Shown here in pieces: positions 1 through 13,849 of a DNA stretch of 64,000 bases (the stretch's first letter is position 1; every line of letters starts with the position of its first letter). The position numbers were made by a program, and so were the translations under genes. This stretch comes from Octopus vulgaris (Eukaryota): the NCBI GenBank assembly GCA_951406725.2, contig OX597824.1, positions 72,602,001-72,666,000 on the forward strand, read 5' to 3'. Below the pieces are notes generated by a model that worked only from the letters and a program-made list of their open reading frames with translations, was not told the origin of the DNA and searched no databases.

Positions 1-181
1 CTGGCAAAAATGAGTTGTACCTGTAATTCAAAGAGGGCCAGCATCGTCACACTTTGCGTCACGATGAATCTTCCAAAAGGTCTACATTAAGGGTACGTGT
101 GTCTGTAGAATGCTCAGCCACTTGCACGATAATTTCACCAGCAGCCTGTTCCGTTGATCGGATCAACCGAAACTCTCGGCA
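1..181 (+). mobile_element. SINE family 3, 3' part
   Basis: Homology to 54175-54330. Confidence 0.8.
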
Positions 182-520
182 TATTTCCTATTGACATGAC
201 CGTGTCTATAATTATATTTGAAATTAGCAATGACTATGCAACCCGATATATTGTGGTAAATTGTCTCTTTCTCCTAATTGCGTAATCTCTTCTTAATTTT
301 AGCATCATTTCCTGCCACCACCACCACCACCCATTATTTGATTTTTTTCTAGCTGTTTGTGACTAGACATTGCACTTGTACAGCTAGACACAGACTGTTT
401 GTTTTGAGTTCAGGGTTTTCCAACCATTGTTGTTTGTCACTCTTGCTTACTTCCACCCTGTCAAAGATATTCTCTCCATTTTGTCTTCAGTATATCTGTC
501 CTTTTCCTACATTTTTCTGT

Positions 521-913
521 TACTCTTACTCTTTTACTTGTTTCAGTCATTTGACTGCGGCCATGCTGGAGCACCGCCTTTAGTCGAACAACTCGACCCC
601 GGGATTTATTCTTTTGTAAGCCCAGTACTTATTCTATCGGTCTCTTTTTGCCGAACCGCTAAGTTACGGGGACGTAAACACACCAGCATTGGTTGTCAAG
701 CAATGCTAGGGGAACAAACACAGACACACAAACACATATATATATATATACGACAGGCTTCTTTCAATTTCCGTCTACCAAATCCACTCACAAGGCATTG
801 GTCGGCCTGGGGCTATAGCAGAAGACACTTGCCCAAGATGCCACGCAGTGGGACTGAACCCGGAACCATGTGGTTGGTTAGCAAGCTACTTACCACACAG
901 CCACTCCTGCGCC
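521..913 (-). mobile_element. tRNA-derived SINE family 1 (A/B boxes, CORE-like 'cttgggcaagtg', internal (TA)n(TG)n, (GAGTAAAA) tail)
   Basis: Near-identical copies at 13850-14212, 29023-29414, 22762-23152 and 56558-56945; TGGC..GTGG and GGTTCAGTCC Pol III boxes. Confidence 0.9.
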
Positions 914-1473
914 AATTGCTTGTCCTTAATTAAATATTTTACTTCAAACTGCTTTATAGTTTGTATATTTTTGTATTTCCTCATAGAGAAAAAAATGTTG
1001 CTTTTCTCATGTTTCCTTATGCACGTTGGACGAAATGCTTAGCGGTATTTCGCCTGTCTTCACGTTCTGAATTCAAATTCCGCCGAGGTTGACTTTGCCT
1101 TTCATCCTTTCGGGTTCGATAAATTAAGTACTAGTGAAACACTGGAGTCCATATAATCGACTAGTCCCCCACCCCAAAATTTCAAGCCTTGTGCCTTAAG
1201 TAGAAAGGATTATCATTATTATTATTATTATTCACTGCTGAATCAGTCAGAGGTTTTAGATTCGCTCTCACTAGAGCTTACGGGTATGACGTGTTTTGTA
1301 ATAGAGAACAGCAGGAGAAAAAATAAACAAAAAAAAAAAAGAAACGGGTAGATATTGTGAGACACACGCAGAACAAAACCCATGAGACGCAGAATCAATT
1401 CTTTGCTTCTGAACGAAGAGACCACAATCTAATTTTATCCATTTCATTCAGTGTGCATGTCGAAGCAGATATC

Positions 1474-1890
1474 TTATTTCTTAATTGCCCACAAGGGGCT
1501 AAACATAGAGAGGACAAACAAGGACAGACAAAGGGATTAAGTCGATTATATCGACCCCAGTGCGTAACTGGTATTTATTTAATCGACCCCGAAAGGATGA
1601 AAGGCAAAGTCGACCTCGGCGGAATTTGAACCCAGAACGTAGCGGCAGACGAAATACCTATTTCTTTATTACCCACAAGGGGCTAAACACAGAGGGGACA
1701 AACAAGGACAGACATAGGTATTAAGTCGATTACATCGACCCCAGTGTGTAACTGGTACTTATTTAATCGACCCCGAAAGGCTGAAAGGCAAAGTCGACCT
1801 CGGCGGAATTTGAACCCAGAACGTAGCGGTAGACGAAATACCAGTAAGCATTTCGCTCGGCGTGCTAACGGTTCTGCCAGTTTGCCGCCA
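1474..1890 (-). mobile_element. SINE family 2 (Meta-domain-like 'gtcgactttgcctttcatcctttcggggtcga..aagtacc'), head-body-body dimer
   Basis: Two ~185-bp bodies joined at aaagaaata|ggtatttc. Confidence 0.88.
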
Positions 1891-2411
1891 AGCTCACAGA
1901 GTGACAACTGTGCTCTGAATACTATGCCTTCCGCAGAGCATAGTACCCGTTTAGCCACCCCTGTCAGGGATATGAGGAAAGGATCAACCTTCATAAACCT
2001 GTGTATTCCCTGTGGGCATACAGTAGTTCAACCTGGCAGACAACGGTAAACTAGAATATTGGCAGGAGGACATGATAATTGGTTTTGACAATGGACAGGC
2101 ACACAAGATCTAATATGCCAATAACTACAAGTTTACAGGAAGAGTTCTGCACCCTGTTTAAATTAGCAACTGAAAACTAAACCGACAGAACCACAATTTT
2201 AGAGAGACTGTCAGGAATCTTCGGCCGTGATTAATATCTATCTATACATACATATACACCACACGCACATTTTTGTCTATATAGACATATACACCACACA
2301 TATATATGTATAATACCCATAGATATCTTGCATATATTTTCTTTCCTCCACCTCACTCTTCATTTTGTATCACATCTAAACTAACTATGACTTAATTTTT
2401 CCTCTCACACC

Positions 2412-2463
2412 GTCTCCGATGAAGGGATAATATTAATAAATATCCTAGAAACAGGTGTAAGAC
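2412..2463 (+). ncRNA. Degenerate minimal hammerhead motif (Penelope pLTR-like remnant)
   Basis: GUCU-CCGAUGA-agGGAUA..UAUCCua-GAAA-CAGGUG-UA/-AGAC; stem III one change from palindrome CAGCUG. Confidence 0.5.
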
Positions 2464-4144
2464 CTTCTATCTATAAATGCTCTAATATCTACACAGTCTT
2501 GGTTTTTTATCTTATTACGCAAAAATTTCTTATATATATATATATGTAAAAGTAAAAAAATATACAAACTGGGACAAGAACGTGAAACATTTAGAAGACG
2601 ACACAAAAAAATGGGACGGGACATTCGAAGCCCTCATATATAATATTCACACGAACATACGAATCCCATATATTATTTGTATATGTATATACATACATAT
2701 ATATAAACACAATGTTAGAGAAACATTCTCATTAATCTTCTACCAAGTGCGAATAGGCCTGATATAGTTATTGAGGATTGAAAAGGAAACTTTTGTATAA
2801 GCATAAAGGTTAGCTGCCCTACAGATGTGAACACCAAATAATAATAAAATCGATGAGAATATGTGGACAATTGCTTGGAAACATTCTACTCCTCTAACCT
2901 TATTATAAATTCACATTTAAACCAAAATCATTGGTGCAGTCACGTATGTTATTAAATGTCTAAGTCACGCACTTTACATATACACTCTATAAGTGGACCA
3001 GCGAAAATATTAACGCTGTTACTCAACAAATTGCAATGATGAAGATTCTGTTCCTCTGTTAGAAACTAGCGACCTCTGAAGAATACTAACAAATATTCGT
3101 ATATACAAGTATATTTTTCTCACGCACACATATTCTATATATATCATGCTTAGTAGATATGCACCATTGACAGGCCAGCCATAGTAGTGTTATTCCTGAG
3201 ATAACATCTCTCATAGACGTGCTGTCTTAAAAATACAATATCGGAGGCAGGCGAAAGTCATACCAGCAACGGCCAGCGAAAATGACAGAAACATCTCGGC
3301 TTTTTCAATGACATGCACTCGCAGCCACCCGCTACTTGGACGAAAACTTGACACTGCTGGGATGATTTCCATCTCTCTCCGATATTTATTTTTAACAAAG
3401 CAGGTTCGCAAGAGATGTTACCCCACGACGAGTAACGCAGTAAATGGCAGAGTTGCGTTTACCGCGCACGGACACTCATATAAGAAAGCCTTAGTGGAAG
3501 AGAAGGTGCAAAAATACAAGCACATTCTTAGCTTTTGAAGAAAAAAAAGTGTGCGCAAGTGGGAATCTTTTGACGGACTTTTTCACATATTGTGACACTC
3601 GTCAGAGAAAACATATTAAGCTTCCATCCTCAATCACCAACAAAGAACATTCATTTACTTTACAAAGCAGTCGTAAACTAGGTTGTCACCATAGTGGATA
3701 GCGTAATTTGCATAGTTGTTCTTTATGGTGCCAGGTCATTGATTGTAAGTATACAGATGCATATAATGTTCAACACAACATGAATCGGGATTGAAATATA
3801 TTTAGATATCAGAAAACCTATCAGCAAAAACATATCTACCTTTTCATATATCTTCTCAAAATTAGAATTTCAAATACTTAAATTTAACTCACCTTTTCTC
3901 ACTTAGGCCGTTTTGTGCATAAAATATATATTGTTAAAAGGTGAACCATCAAAAGTGCAAACATAAATTAAGCTAACCTCTGCAGTGAGAACTTAACGAT
4001 TGCTTCATAAAACAGTTCAATATTCTTTACTTTTTTCTTTTGAGAAGAAAAAGGGTTAGCCTTCTCTGAAGAGCAACCAACAAACTTAAACAATCTGCCA
4101 AGAAACTGACAGATATATATATACATATATTTTTTTTTTATTCT

Positions 4145-4414
4145 TTCTTTTACTTGTTTCAGTCATCTGACTGCGGTCATGCTGGAGCACCGCCTTTAAT
4201 CGAACAAATCGACCCCAGGACTTATTCTTCGTAAGTCTACTACTTATTCTATCGTTCTCTTTTGCCGAACCGCTAATTTACGGGAACGTAAACACACTAA
4301 CACACTTTGGTCGGCCCGAGGCTATAATAGAAGACACTTGCCCAAGTTGCCACGCAGTGGGACTGAACCCGGAACCATGTGGTTGGTAAGCAAGCTACTT
4401 ACCACACAGCCACT
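4145..4414 (-). mobile_element. SINE family 1, internally deleted copy
   Basis: Homology to 521-913. Confidence 0.85.
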
Positions 4415-5271
4415 CTGTGTGTGTGTGTATGTGATGCACTCAGCCACTTGCACATTAACTTTACAAGCAGGCTGTTCTGTTCATTGGATCAACTGGAACA
4501 TTTGTTGTTGTAACCAATAGAGTGCCCATTATACATACACACACAGCAGGTTTCTTTTAGTTTCTGTCAACCAAATCTCAAAGGCTTTGGTCAGCCTGAG
4601 GCTATAATAGAAGACTTGTCCAAGGCGTTACACAGTGGGACGGAACTCAGAACTATGTGGTTGGGAAGCCTACTTTTTAACCTTACAGCTACGTCTAAAA
4701 ATTAAAATCCTACCACCAATAATGAGAATCCTTTTTCCCAATTGCCACATATTGAATGTCATCTACTTACACATTCTTAAAGACTCAAGAGCAAAAATAT
4801 AGCTTTTGTGGGGTACTTTAGTCAAATTACTGTGGTCCTATTATTTAGTCTGTCGCCTATCAATATAAAGATACAACACCGACTTTCCAGACACTGATGG
4901 TCTGGAGTCTCTTATAATCTGAACTAATTTAAGAACAGGAACTTCTAATTCCTGAAGCCACCAGACTAGTTTATTGGCACCTTGCACAGTACAGTATTAA
5001 CCCTTTTGAGACACATGGTGCTTTGGAATGTGTAGCCAAAATGACCAAAATTTGTTTTCTATTGACATACATCTACTGAAAGACGATTTCTGATTAGCTA
5101 TTACACTTCAAAAACCAACCATTCACAACATTTGTTCCTTTGGGCTGATGGATCAGCCTCAATGTCCTTTCAACATGTACTTCTTGGCCCAATCAATCAG
5201 CCTGGGTATCCCAATAACATTAATAAACTTGTATTATTTATACTAATATACAGCACCTATATTTCATTTAA

Positions 5272-5485
5272 GCCTTTAGCATTCAGATTAGTCAAATGTA
5301 ATGCTTATTTATTCAAATCATTTTGAATTAATCATGCATTATCTTGTAACTTTGAAATTTTAATGATGTGACTGTTTTTTAAAAATGACATTGTAAGGTA
5401 GGTGTGAGAAGACTGATCTTGCCAGTGTGTACATAAAACAGGTAAAATATTAGGACCGGACATGGCTGGTGTAAATACTAAAGGG
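5272..5485. mobile_element. piggyBac-like MITE (TTAA flanks)
   Basis: ttaa|(g/c)cctttag..ctaaaggg|ttaa; homologues at 22491-22711 and 29517-29710, also TTAA-flanked. Confidence 0.75.
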
Positions 5486-8400
5486 TTAAAGATTGTGTTG
5501 ACTAAAGTGACCACCCCTGGTTCAAGAAAAATCTGTCATCCAGAACGGATTTGGAACTATAGGTTCTGAACAATCGATGTTGTACACGTATTTATTTAAA
5601 AGTTTTAGAATGTTTCTAGTGATTTAAAATACCTTCAACAGAATTAAAATAACATGCACTAGGCTTTCAGTTTCCGTCTATGTAAATGTAGTATCAATCC
5701 TTCAAACTTATTTTATAAACTGTCATCGGCTCAGATTTATATTCATCTATAAGGTATGTTTTGTCTTTGATGGCCCTGTGACATGTATATTGTAGCTAAA
5801 AGTAAATACCTAGTATTGGTGTTTGACACCATCCCATCCGTAACAGACCAAATTCATTCAAGCCATGATTCTCTATATTCACTTTACCGGAATGGTGTAT
5901 ATCGGACTACATTATCTGTGGCTTCCCTTTTCCAAGGGAGGTAACTTAAAGGAGATTTGGTGTTATTTTGATAAATAACGTTAAGTACAGAAAACCTTAA
6001 AATACAGCTGAGAAAAAAAAACAACAACAACAAATGAACTTATATAATATAAAGGAATTAACAGCTAAAATTTTAATGTAAACGATTTTGTTTTCGTTTC
6101 CTTTTTTTTATGTTTTAATCAAGTTTTTAATATAAAACATGCAACCTTATTTACGAGACATCCATCTGTTTCATATATATCGTCACTTTACATAAATATG
6201 TAGGTGCAGAATGGCTGATTGGTTTGGTGGTTCACTTTGCAACCATAAGGTCCCAAGTTCAATCCTACTGCATATCAATAGGATAAATGTAATGGTTTTT
6301 ACAGCTTCGAGACAACCTATTCTTCGTGAGTGAAATTGGTTAGACAGAAACAGTAAAAGGGCCGTCAGGTAGACCTGCAATTCATAAGCCTTGTCATACA
6401 CAGTGCCACGCTGCTTCTGTCCAAGAACGACATTTACGACACATGTCTGTGGAATATTCAGCCACTTATGCATTAAACCAGGAGCAGGTAATTCGGCTGA
6501 TTAATCGACTGCCTGAATCCTTATCGTCGAATGATAGGGGACCCACCACTATATAAATATACGTAAGCATATCGATTTATAAATAAAATATGTGCTTGTC
6601 AGTTCATTTTTCCCCTGCTTACTGGTTGTACATCAAGAGCCATTGAAGGAGTTTAGACAGAGGGGAGATGAAGAGAGGTAGATATGACATGGGTGATTTC
6701 CGTCATTTATGGCCAAATCAGCCCCGATTGAGCAGACCAGTCATCAAACAGCATTCCAATCATGACCAGCCAAGCTTCCACAGCATGCTTATCTAGGACT
6801 ACACTACCCAGTGGATCCAGCCCCCCGCCTTTTTTTGATGTGATTTGAGGAGGATTTGGCTGCAGTTTCTAGAAAAGTGAACAACTCTGAGAGGCTCCCT
6901 TACTGGTTCATGGATTGCTGCAATAGGAAATAATACATCAAGATATTAAGTTATCCCCAGACCAGAATGGCTTAGCAGTTAGAGCGTCAGACTTATGTTA
7001 AGATTGTGGTTTCAATTCTGGATTGGATGATGTGTTCTGTTCTTGAGCAAAACTTCATTTTACATTATTCCAGTCCACTCAGTTGGTGAAAACAAGTATT
7101 CCTGCGACAGATTGGCATCCTGTCAGGGGGGCAATATATATGCCAGAGAATCCAGCCCTATGTGTATATGACATGTGAAGGAGCTTTATTCCTTATCCTT
7201 TTAAACCAGAATCCTAGTCTGAGAGCTCAAAGGGGTGAGGTAGTTTAAGGCTTGGTTGGACGTTTGGTCTTCCACCCAGGTTAAAAAAAGCAAATGGCAT
7301 ACACATGATTTGCATCCGATCAGAAGGCCTGGTTCTTTTTCCATGTCTCAAATTGAAGATTATAATGTTTAATATTAACTACATTAACTATAGTAAAAAA
7401 TTTTTTTTTTAAAAAGTGAAATAGTTTCATCACATGCTTCTTGTGGAGAACTCAGTGCAATAGATATGTTTTTTTTAAACGTGTATAACATCGAACATGC
7501 AGCCGTACCATCTATGAGAAAATTTACATTAGCCATAAAGTTTTGACATCAGGAGTTCAAGCCAGTAAGCAATGAAAAAGGAATTCTAACACACACACAA
7601 TCTTTTCTGATATACCTGCTTGTGTATGTGTTGGCATTGTAATTTTGTGCCCACTTTCCACACTGAAATAAAGGAGACAGATTGTCACGGTCTGAGTCTG
7701 TCTTTATTTTAACTTACTGCTCTGATGGATGGGTCAGAGAAAGACAGCTTGCTTGGATGCTGTATTTTTGGTATTGTTTCTCTAGTTGGGTGCGTTTCCT
7801 GACACCAATCACTTTTATAAGAATGCACTTTATTGTGTGCATATTATTGTGGCACCAGCACTAGAGATGTAGCCTTGGTGTGCTGCAGAAGAGAGTTTTA
7901 CTTCTTTCAGTCACTGAAAATGCCTCAATGAGTTCAGTCAAACAAATTGACCATGGTACTTACATTAGCGCAGACTATTCTGGCAAATTGCAAAGTTATA
8001 GGGACGTACAAAAACCATCATTGGTTGCCAAGCTGTAGTGGGAGCCAAACACAAACACACACACATCATATATATATATATATATATAGACACAAACACA
8101 TTTATATATATACACACACACACACACACAAACGATGGGCTTCCACACAGCCTCTGTCAACCAGATTCACTCACAAGCCTGGGGCTATAAAAGAAGACAC
8201 TTGCCTATGGTGCTGCACACCAGGACTGAACCCAAAACCATGTGGTTGCAAAACGAGCTTCTTAACCACACAGCCATGCCTGCACCTATATATATATATG
8301 TGTGTGTATGAAAGAGAGCAGAAGTGGCATAAACAAAGCAACATTGTTATATATTCCAAACCAGACAGACCTTCTGGATCATGTTATGTGTGTGTCCGTT

Positions 8401-9094
8401 TGTGTGCATAATCTGTATAATTCTTTCTCCACAGAATGGTCAGCGACAGAAACTAGGGCAACGGGGGAGACAGGAAGATGAAATTAATTTTAGTTTGTTT
8501 TATTATTTTTTTTCATCTCTTAAAATGATGAAAATGAAAATTTCAAAAATAAAATGAAAAAAAACAAAAAAAACAAATGTGTATCTTATTAGAAATTTTA
8601 ACACAGTGGGAGGACAGAGCAAAAAAAAAAGATGAAAGTTGGAGTCGGGGTGGAGAGTGGAAGGTGAAATAAAAAAAAAAACAAACGTTTAATGAAATAA
8701 AATGAACATTTGCATTAAAAAAGAATGAAATGCTAAAAAAAAAACAATAAAAACATACAAAGGAAAACACAACCAATATGGCACTTAAGGATATTATATA
8801 CATACACAAACACACACACACATATATACAGGTGTATATATGTGCATGTGTGTGTGAATATATATCTTATGTACAACCCTGTAGACCCAGGAGCAAGGCT
8901 GAACAATTAAAAATTTTAATATTTTTGTTTCCCCATATATATGTTGTGTGTATGCGTGGTATTTATTGCTCCAATGAAGGAGGTGGGGAGGCAGAAATTG
9001 AAGAGCAAATTAAGATGAAATCTTTTAATGAAGTTTTTTTTTTTTGATTTTCTTTTTTTTTTTTCCATTTGTAAAATTTGTTATTAAAAAAATG

Positions 9095-9344
9095 AATCTG
9101 TATGTATGTGAGTATATATATAGGCATATGTATTTATATACTACACACACTAATATATATACTACATACATAAATATATATGTATTAGTTACATATATGA
9201 TCTATGTATATTTATATATGTGTACATTATGCATATATATATATATGTGTGTGTATATATATATATATGTATACTTACATATGTACATTTTATATATATA
9301 TATAAAATGATCTATGTATTGTTACATATGTATGTACATTTTAT

Positions 9345-9395
<51 letters not shown>

Positions 9396-9478
9396 GGAGA
9401 TTGATATGCATGCATGCTCACACATCCGCCCATGCAAGCATCCTTGTCCACTAGGCAGCAGTCATTTTCTATATTTTT

Positions 9479-9520
<42 letters not shown>

Positions 9521-9540
9521 ACACACAATATATGTGTGTA
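9095..9540. repeat. (TA)n/(TG)n microsatellite field in the probable Pellino 3' UTR
   Basis: Direct reading; lies downstream of the stop codon on the minus strand. Confidence 0.85.
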
Positions 9541-9888
9541 TTTTTATTTTCTTTCATATATGTATATCATTGTTTTCTTTTTGATTTATTTTGTTGTTGA
9601 ATTCAGTGGGCAATAACTTCGATGCAGCTTGTGTCGAATGACACATCAGCAATTTCTTTTTCCTTTCTGGAGAATATATCTTATCAACAGGGAGAAGAAG
9701 AAGGAGAATTTGTTTGAGGAAGAAAAAAAAAATTATAGAAGATTTTTTCAAAAAAAAAAATATATATATATAAAAAAAACCATCAGGCAGCGAGCGTACA
9801 AGATGTCCATCACCATCATCTTCTTTAATATTATTATTAATTATTATTATTATTATCATCATCATCATAATCATTATCATTGTGATCT

Positions 9889-10012
9889 TCAAAGTTCTTG
9901 ATCTTGAAATATTAGTTTCACATAACCAGGATTGTCCAAAGGAATTGCACAAAACGGACATATTGCATGAAATTCATTGGAAGCATGTGGAATTAAAACT
10001 TTAGCCCAATAT
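9889..10012 (-). CDS. PELI: Pellino terminal coding exon I (KYWAKVLIPHASNEFHAICPFCAIPLDNPGYVKLIFQDQEL*)
   Basis: ttttcag|A acceptor completes Lys codon; TGA at 9891-9889. Confidence 0.95.
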
Positions 10013-10367
10013 CTGAAAACAGAATAAATGAATGTATTAGATAATTTGAACACATACATACAAGGTACACACAGGGCATGGATGTCATCATACATGGCTA
10101 AATTATTCCAGGGTAGATAATTTCAAAATGTGAATAATTTTTTTTTTTTAAATATCCATTTTCTATTGAAATACACTGATTTTCCTTCAATTAAATTAGA
10201 AAATAATAAAGGGTTTAGTAAAATAATTTTGTCACAGAATTTTGGGAAAGGTTTTAATTTCTATCACTTTAAAACAGAGAGCTTGGGTATGTGTGTGTGT
10301 TTGTGTATGTGTGTGTGTATGTGTGTGTTTGTGTGTGTGTGTGTGTGTGTGTACACACACACACACT

Positions 10368-10583
10368 CAAGGGAGTGCCGAAAAGTTTCTGGCTTTAAGG
10401 GTATCATGAAAGGCCTGGATAGAGGCCCAAACTTCCAAGTTCTTTCACAGGGCTTAGAAAAACTGAAGGACCGCTGCAATAAGTGTGTGAATCTGAGAGG
10501 GGAATATGTTGAATAAAATCATATTTAACTGATCCTCCTGTATTTTCTTTTACCCAAAGCCAGAAACTTTTCAGCACCCCACT
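10368..10583 (+). mobile_element. Mariner-derived MITE
   Basis: TIRs gggagtgccgaaaagtttctggcttt / aaagccagaaacttttcagcacccc; internal GLEKLKDRCNKCVNLRGEYVE* resembles a mariner C-terminus. Confidence 0.85.
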
Positions 10584-11727
10584 GTTTCTCATAGGATTAG
10601 GGGTAGTCTTGTGTGAGTTGGTATCAAAAGGGTTGAACTTATTCAGTGGAGGAGAAACAGTGTCCAAGCTTGGTGAGATTCATGTGGATGATGCCCAACC
10701 TGAACATCTGCAGGAAAACAAAAACCTCAAAAAACCCCACACACTTAATGGTATCTTAGGAGATCATAACATAGTTATGACCAACTGGTTTCAGTGGTAA
10801 CAGGAAGCCAGCCGCATCAAGGCCTCTCCATATTTGTATCTATGTTTATTTGCATTTGTATAGCACAGCTTCAGCAACTATGACGTCATGTTTACATATC
10901 CTGTAACCAACAGGCCCTGTAGCTCAATAATTCTAATATATAATATATGAAGACCAGTGGAATAGAAAGAAAAACATGTAGTTTAGACCTACTGGCTCCA
11001 GGTGTGATGTGAAGCCAGATGCATCGAGGACCCTTCTAATTATGTTATTCAGAGTGGCAGGTTAGAAGAGCCAGCCTGTACTATGGCTGCACGCCAAATT
11101 CAATTACCGCTCCAAAATTGATTAACTACATTGGGGAGTGCAATTGTGCAGGAATGTTTGCATCTATTTGCAGAATTATAAACATGGTTAACCCTAGTAA
11201 AGGTATCCATAGGCTAATTGTTTTGCCGAGCTTGCCACTCCCTATTCAACCACAGCTTAGATTGACCAGGACTTGTAGACAATCTAAATAAGCGCATATT
11301 CTCCTCACTCTCTGGGTGCCATGCTTGTAGGTATCAACCATCAATGACCTCTATGTCAAAGTCTAAAGACACAGATGAAGTTTCCTACTGGCTTACACCC
11401 AGTCTCTGATACTTTTCTAGCTCTTCTGAGCTTCCCATAGAGGTGCAGGGACTATTTAACATTCAGGTAGAGAGAATGATTCATCTGACATTAAGGTGAC
11501 ACATGTCTCAAGACCAGCCTTCATCCAGTGTGTTTTAGCCTTCCTCCAGTGTGGATTGGTTTAGTCCAATCTTGTAAATGGAAACTGTGTGGAAGCTCAG
11601 TGGATGAAACTGCATTAATTACTCAAACTATCCTGTGATTTAAGCACGTCTCTTTTGTACTTCTTTTGCTGGTCAGCGAGTGAAACCTTATCTCTAGTGA
11701 CCAAGACAGTGTGGTATGTTAAAGTCC

Positions 11728-11948
11728 GCAGAAGCGTTAGTACACCAGGCGAAATGCGAAGCCGTATTTTGTCTACTGCTACGTTCTGAGTTCAAATTCT
11801 GCTGAGGTCGACTTTACCTTTCATCCTTTCGGAATCAATTAAATAAGTACCAGTTACACACTGGGGTTGATATAATTGACTTAATCCGTTTGTCTGTCCT
11901 TGTTTGTCCTCTCCGTGTTTAGCCCCTTGTGGGTAGCAAAAGAAATAG
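11728..11948 (+). mobile_element. SINE family 2
   Basis: Homology; flanked by ggtatg..ttaaagt(c/t)cgcag duplication. Confidence 0.85.
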
Positions 11949-12029
11949 GTATGTGTGTGTTAAAGTTCGCAGCTCATGCACAAGGCCATATCACATGTTC
12001 AAGTCTTATGTGTGTAAAGCAGTAATGTA

Positions 12030-12068
<39 letters not shown>

Positions 12069-12325
12069 ATGGGGGGGGGTATAGTGCTAAGCTTAAGCTT
12101 TGATGCTAAAATAAAATTGTAATGTGTCAGGAATTATGTTACATGTAAGGATACAAGGTGCAGGACATAAGCCCTTGATGCGATGCATAAGGAATATCAG
12201 CTGTTTAAAAGTTATGTTGCCTGCACATTAAATACATCATGCACCCAATAATATATTACTGTGTGTGTGTGCACGCGTGCGTGTGTGTGTGCGGTGGGGA
12301 AGGGAGATGCAGATAGATGACTTAC

Positions 12326-12441
12326 TTGACTGTGTTCTCTGATGCCATATGACCACATGGACTGAAACAGTATGTTGGAGATCCTGCATCAACGTAAAAA
12401 CTAAGTTCAGATCCAACCTCCAGCTTTATAAAAGGACTTTC
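12326..12441 (-). CDS. PELI: Pellino exon H (ESPFIKLEVGSELSFYVDAGSPTYCFSPCGHMASENTV)
   Basis: tttcag|GAA acceptor, AA|gtaagt donor, 116 nt; read by hand. Confidence 0.95.
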
Positions 12442-12879
12442 CTGAAACAGAAAACATAGGATTCAATGTTAGGCTACAACACATATATCAAGCAACTCTC
12501 ATTTCTGCTTTTCTGTCTTGCAAGTTACTTGGCAACCTCAATGGCATTAGTGGCATGAAAAAAAAAAGCACCAAGGCCATGCTGTAAAGTGGTTGGTATT
12601 AGGAAGGGCATCCAGGTGTAGAAAATACATTCTGACTGGCCAGAGGGTTTAACATAAGACACTTGCCCAAGGTATTTCATAGTGGGACTGAACCCAAAAC
12701 CATATGGTAGGGAAGAAAATTTCTTAACCACGCAGCTACATTTGTGTATATAGCATATCATGGTAAAATCACAGGGATGGTGGACATTGGTGACATCAAA
12801 AGAATTATCTATCAGAAAGAATAGTCTTTGTTCAAGACCAATAAATTGAAATAAACAGAAGTAAAAGAGATGTCAAATA

Positions 12880-13237
12880 TACTTGTTTCAGTCATTTGAT
12901 TGTGGCCATGCTGGAGCACCGCCTTTAGTCGAGCAAATCGACCCCAGGACTTATTCTTTGTAAGCGTAGTACTTATTCTATCGGTCTCTTTTGCCGAACC
13001 GCTAAGATACAGGGATGTAAGCACACCAGCATCAGTTGTTAAGCAATGTTGGGGGGACAAACACAGACACACACACACACACACATATATATATACGACA
13101 AGCTTCTTTCAGTTCCCGTCTACCAAATCCACTCACAAGGCTTTGGTCGGCCTGAGGCTATAGTAGAAGACACTTGCCCAAGGTGCCATTCAGTGGGACT
13201 GAAACCAAGCTACTTACCGCACAGCCACTCCTACGCC
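12880..13237 (-). mobile_element. SINE family 1
   Basis: Homology to 521-913. Confidence 0.9.
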
Positions 13238-13331
13238 TATATATACCAATACAAATTCATGTGTTTTTTTACTCCTTTCATTTTGAAATGCAGAGTAATA
13301 AGGAAGAAGTTCAGTCAATACTCAATTAATG

Positions 13332-13715
13332 AGGCAGGTGTGGCTGTGTGGTAAGAAGTTTGCTTCCCACCCAAATGGTTCTGGGTTCAGTCCCACTGCA
13401 TAGCACCTTGGGCAAGTGTCCCCTACTTTAGCCTCATGTCGTCCAAAGTCTTGTCAGTGGATTTGGAAGAGAGAAAACTGAAAGAAACCTCTGTGTGTGT
13501 GCGTGTGTATATCTATATATATAATTTTGTACGTGATCTTGTATCTGTGTTTGTCCCCCACTGCTTGACAACCCGTGTTGGTCTGTTTACATCCCTGAAA
13601 CTTAGCAGTTCATCAAAAGAGACCAATAGAATAAGTACCAGGCTTAAAGAGAAAATTAATATTGGGGGTGGCTTAGCTCAACGAAAATTCCTCAAGGTGA
13701 GTGCTACAGCATGAC
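13332..13715 (+). mobile_element. SINE family 1, older copy
   Basis: Diverged homology. Confidence 0.8.
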
Positions 13716-13849
13716 CGAAACAAGATCAAAGATATACACCGCATGGGGGTTGGGTGGAGAAAGAGTAAGACTGTATAGTTATAGATGGAACACTTTTGAT
13801 CATAAGTTTGATGGTTGAAGGCTTGACTTAGGGTTAAACAACACTAACA

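Noticed and set aside
427-933. 168-aa ORF and similar ORFs (13800-14084, 29198-29494, 56543-56770)
   Set aside because: Translations of SINE family 1 antisense; the same peptide recurs at each copy and includes microsatellite-derived YIYI runs.
1357-2049. ORFs of 90-103 aa
   Set aside because: Overlap SINE family 2; no protein-family motifs.
1890-2070. Possible LINE 5' UTR with an HDV-like ribozyme
   Set aside because: Could not assign the nested double-pseudoknot pairings by eye.
3202-3420. 10-bp inverted repeat taacatctct / agagatgtta
   Set aside because: Short, no TSD and no second copy; compatible with chance.
8543-9961. Several low-complexity ORFs
   Set aside because: Microsatellite and poly-A/T tracts in the probable 3' UTR.
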